DNA of 64,000 bases, taken from an uncultured Cytophagales bacterium. Lineage in GTDB: Bacteria; Bacteroidota; Bacteroidia; Cytophagales; Flammeovirgaceae. The translations under genes were made by a program, and so were the position numbers. Shown piece by piece: positions 63,901-64,000 of the stretch (within the stretch, counting starts at the first letter, position 1; each line of letters starts with the position of its first letter). The notes beneath the pieces are model-generated. The model searched no databases and was not told the DNA's origin. It was given only the letters and a program-made list of their open reading frames with translations. The stretch covers positions 457,236 to 521,235 of the forward strand of contig CAVSOI010000012.1 of the NCBI GenBank assembly GCA_963729615.1, written 5' to 3'.

Positions 63901-64000
63901 GAGCCGTTAGATTATGTTTCTGACGATGAAATTGGCCTTTTAGTGAGTGAGTACAATAAAATGCTAGTGAAGTTGGAAGAAAGTAAGCGAGCGCTTTCCA
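60982..64000 (+). CDS. Large membrane sensor (probable histidine kinase): signal-anchor, extracellular domain, ~7 TM block, second extracytoplasmic domain, TM, HAMP; 3' end outside the window
   Basis: Open frame from the TTG at 60982 (first ATG at 61033) to the window end; it was not listed in the ORF track because it has no stop. Multiple hydrophobic helices, then a HAMP-like ...LRLIRQKIRKVSFQENNEPLDYVSDDEIGLLVSEYNKMLVKLEESKRAL at the end. Confidence 0.6.
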   Translation, partial: MGRIKQHIYLITAIIFIMLMIGLRQFFFSETNVSSYVEQIKENLKIVSEDADNDIFYVKKKLKEANTIHFGDFLEENKYPIFIFKNKKLVYWSDHTYYLNYYDLIGYYDERSIETKRGIFIAKKSMIMLDNQDYEIVALIPIRRRYQVDNEFLRPTLNPDIFPGQRVRVSTSKGNLIDIYNNYKTYLFSVTFPEDFSYHSEQRWIMVVLMGIVVLLLLLQLQKYLQKLLRKGQTLRATLLLAFGLVSVRAIMLYYQIPYDYLEYELFEPQVFASSLMNPSLGDLFINSLCILVIILFFYANYPKIIRYKKILSFPNWAKALISVTAVVLSYFVVFGIYQVLKTIYDNSLISLDITQGIAFPVIKIACLLVFVCLAIGYFFTAHIFAKLLIKLSNNSYDLPIRFVMGSLVFYLISLLFGFENITLFNVNAIYILFVSFLDLPISLKRSDYSTYIYLFVCAVVVSTVGAYSIYKFEEERTIGNKYKYANTLLIENDLLGEYYLNEMTKKAQKDVSIQNKFKDGSTASIEWMEQKIRRMYFNRYFDKYNINILFFDKDQKPYNSRRYYNIEFASKNRAQYRTEYENIYFINDLTGGTKSYEVFIPISKDFNRLGFILMKLDLRKVIPNSIHPNFFVDKKYQVSDEASNYSYGIYSKNSLLFSSGEFAYGNNLLKEFEHNMGFLKDEVETEGFHHLRVANDNDQQIVISSPIYPNNQILTNFSFLFLLLVFVLLLIISGYNFWVRQNKATSQAKKLNFNTKIQLYLNFAFFVPLIVVSIIVVSILNSSNIQETKTYYLEKAESIANDLMSHVQEFYNGSLEKSQLQNYISEIANITQSDINLFDKNGQLIVPSQNYIYENELMNSVVNPHAYAQLIEENQSKAMFDESIGMLNFNSAYVSVKSLENGEVLGIVGIPFFGSKQRYEKQVIDVLSKIMQAFAFILIGLLAISYFSARTLTAPLRLIRQKIRKVSFQENNEPLDYVSDDEIGLLVSEYNKMLVKLEESKRALS

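Noticed and set aside
1-64000. CRISPR array, rRNA, tRNA, tmRNA/RNase P
   Set aside because: Not found. The only regularly spaced repeats found are the short microsatellites and MITE-internal tandems, which have no spacer-like unique inserts. No conserved rRNA, tRNA or RNase P motifs were seen in the ORF-free gaps.

Overview
AT-rich chromosomal segment that looks Bacteroidota-like. The evidence is the protein families present (GH3, DUF1987/SiaB-like partner-switch, NfeD-flotillin, TAnnTTTG-type -7 promoter motifs) and the absence of clear Shine-Dalgarno sequences. About 45 protein genes could be supported; no rRNA, tRNA or CRISPR was recognisable.

Gene content:
- Housekeeping genes: clpX, hemD, hldD, a speH-speE fusion, manC, maf, ybaB, an inositol monophosphatase, a formate/nitrite transporter, a threonine-dehydrogenase-like epimerase and a WcaI-like GT4.
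- One large same-strand signalling locus (38.5-50.5 kb): an FHA-like ABC-2 exporter, a TerB-like protein, a SiaC-like DUF1987, a SiaB-like GHKL kinase, a ~1160-aa sensor-HAMP-GAF-PAS-PP2C phosphatase, a GAF membrane protein, and an orphan CheB/CheR pair.
- An NfeD-flotillin pair.
- An AAA-ATPase plus a DUF4276/TOPRIM-like candidate defence pair.
- An IS4-family transposase sitting in a GC-rich patch.

Two features dominate the window:
- Non-coding repeat density is extraordinary. There are at least four MITE-like families (A, about 150-260 bp; B, about 270 bp and AT-rich; C, about 190 bp with roughly 20-bp CTAGTGCAT... terminal inverted repeats; D, GC-rich with a GTCGATGGCGAC core), plus several 20-30 nt palindromic motifs. 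Together they fill almost every intergenic space and generate spurious ORFs.
- At least 11 genes, including clpX, hldD, hemD and speH-speE, are interrupted by 1-bp indels (several clearly in homopolymer runs) or by in-frame stops. That pattern points to consensus sequencing errors rather than genome decay, although some pseudogenisation cannot be excluded.

The most interesting biology is the partner-switch/FHA-ABC/CheRB composite locus and the repeat architecture. All calls rest on reading the translations by eye; no searches were run.
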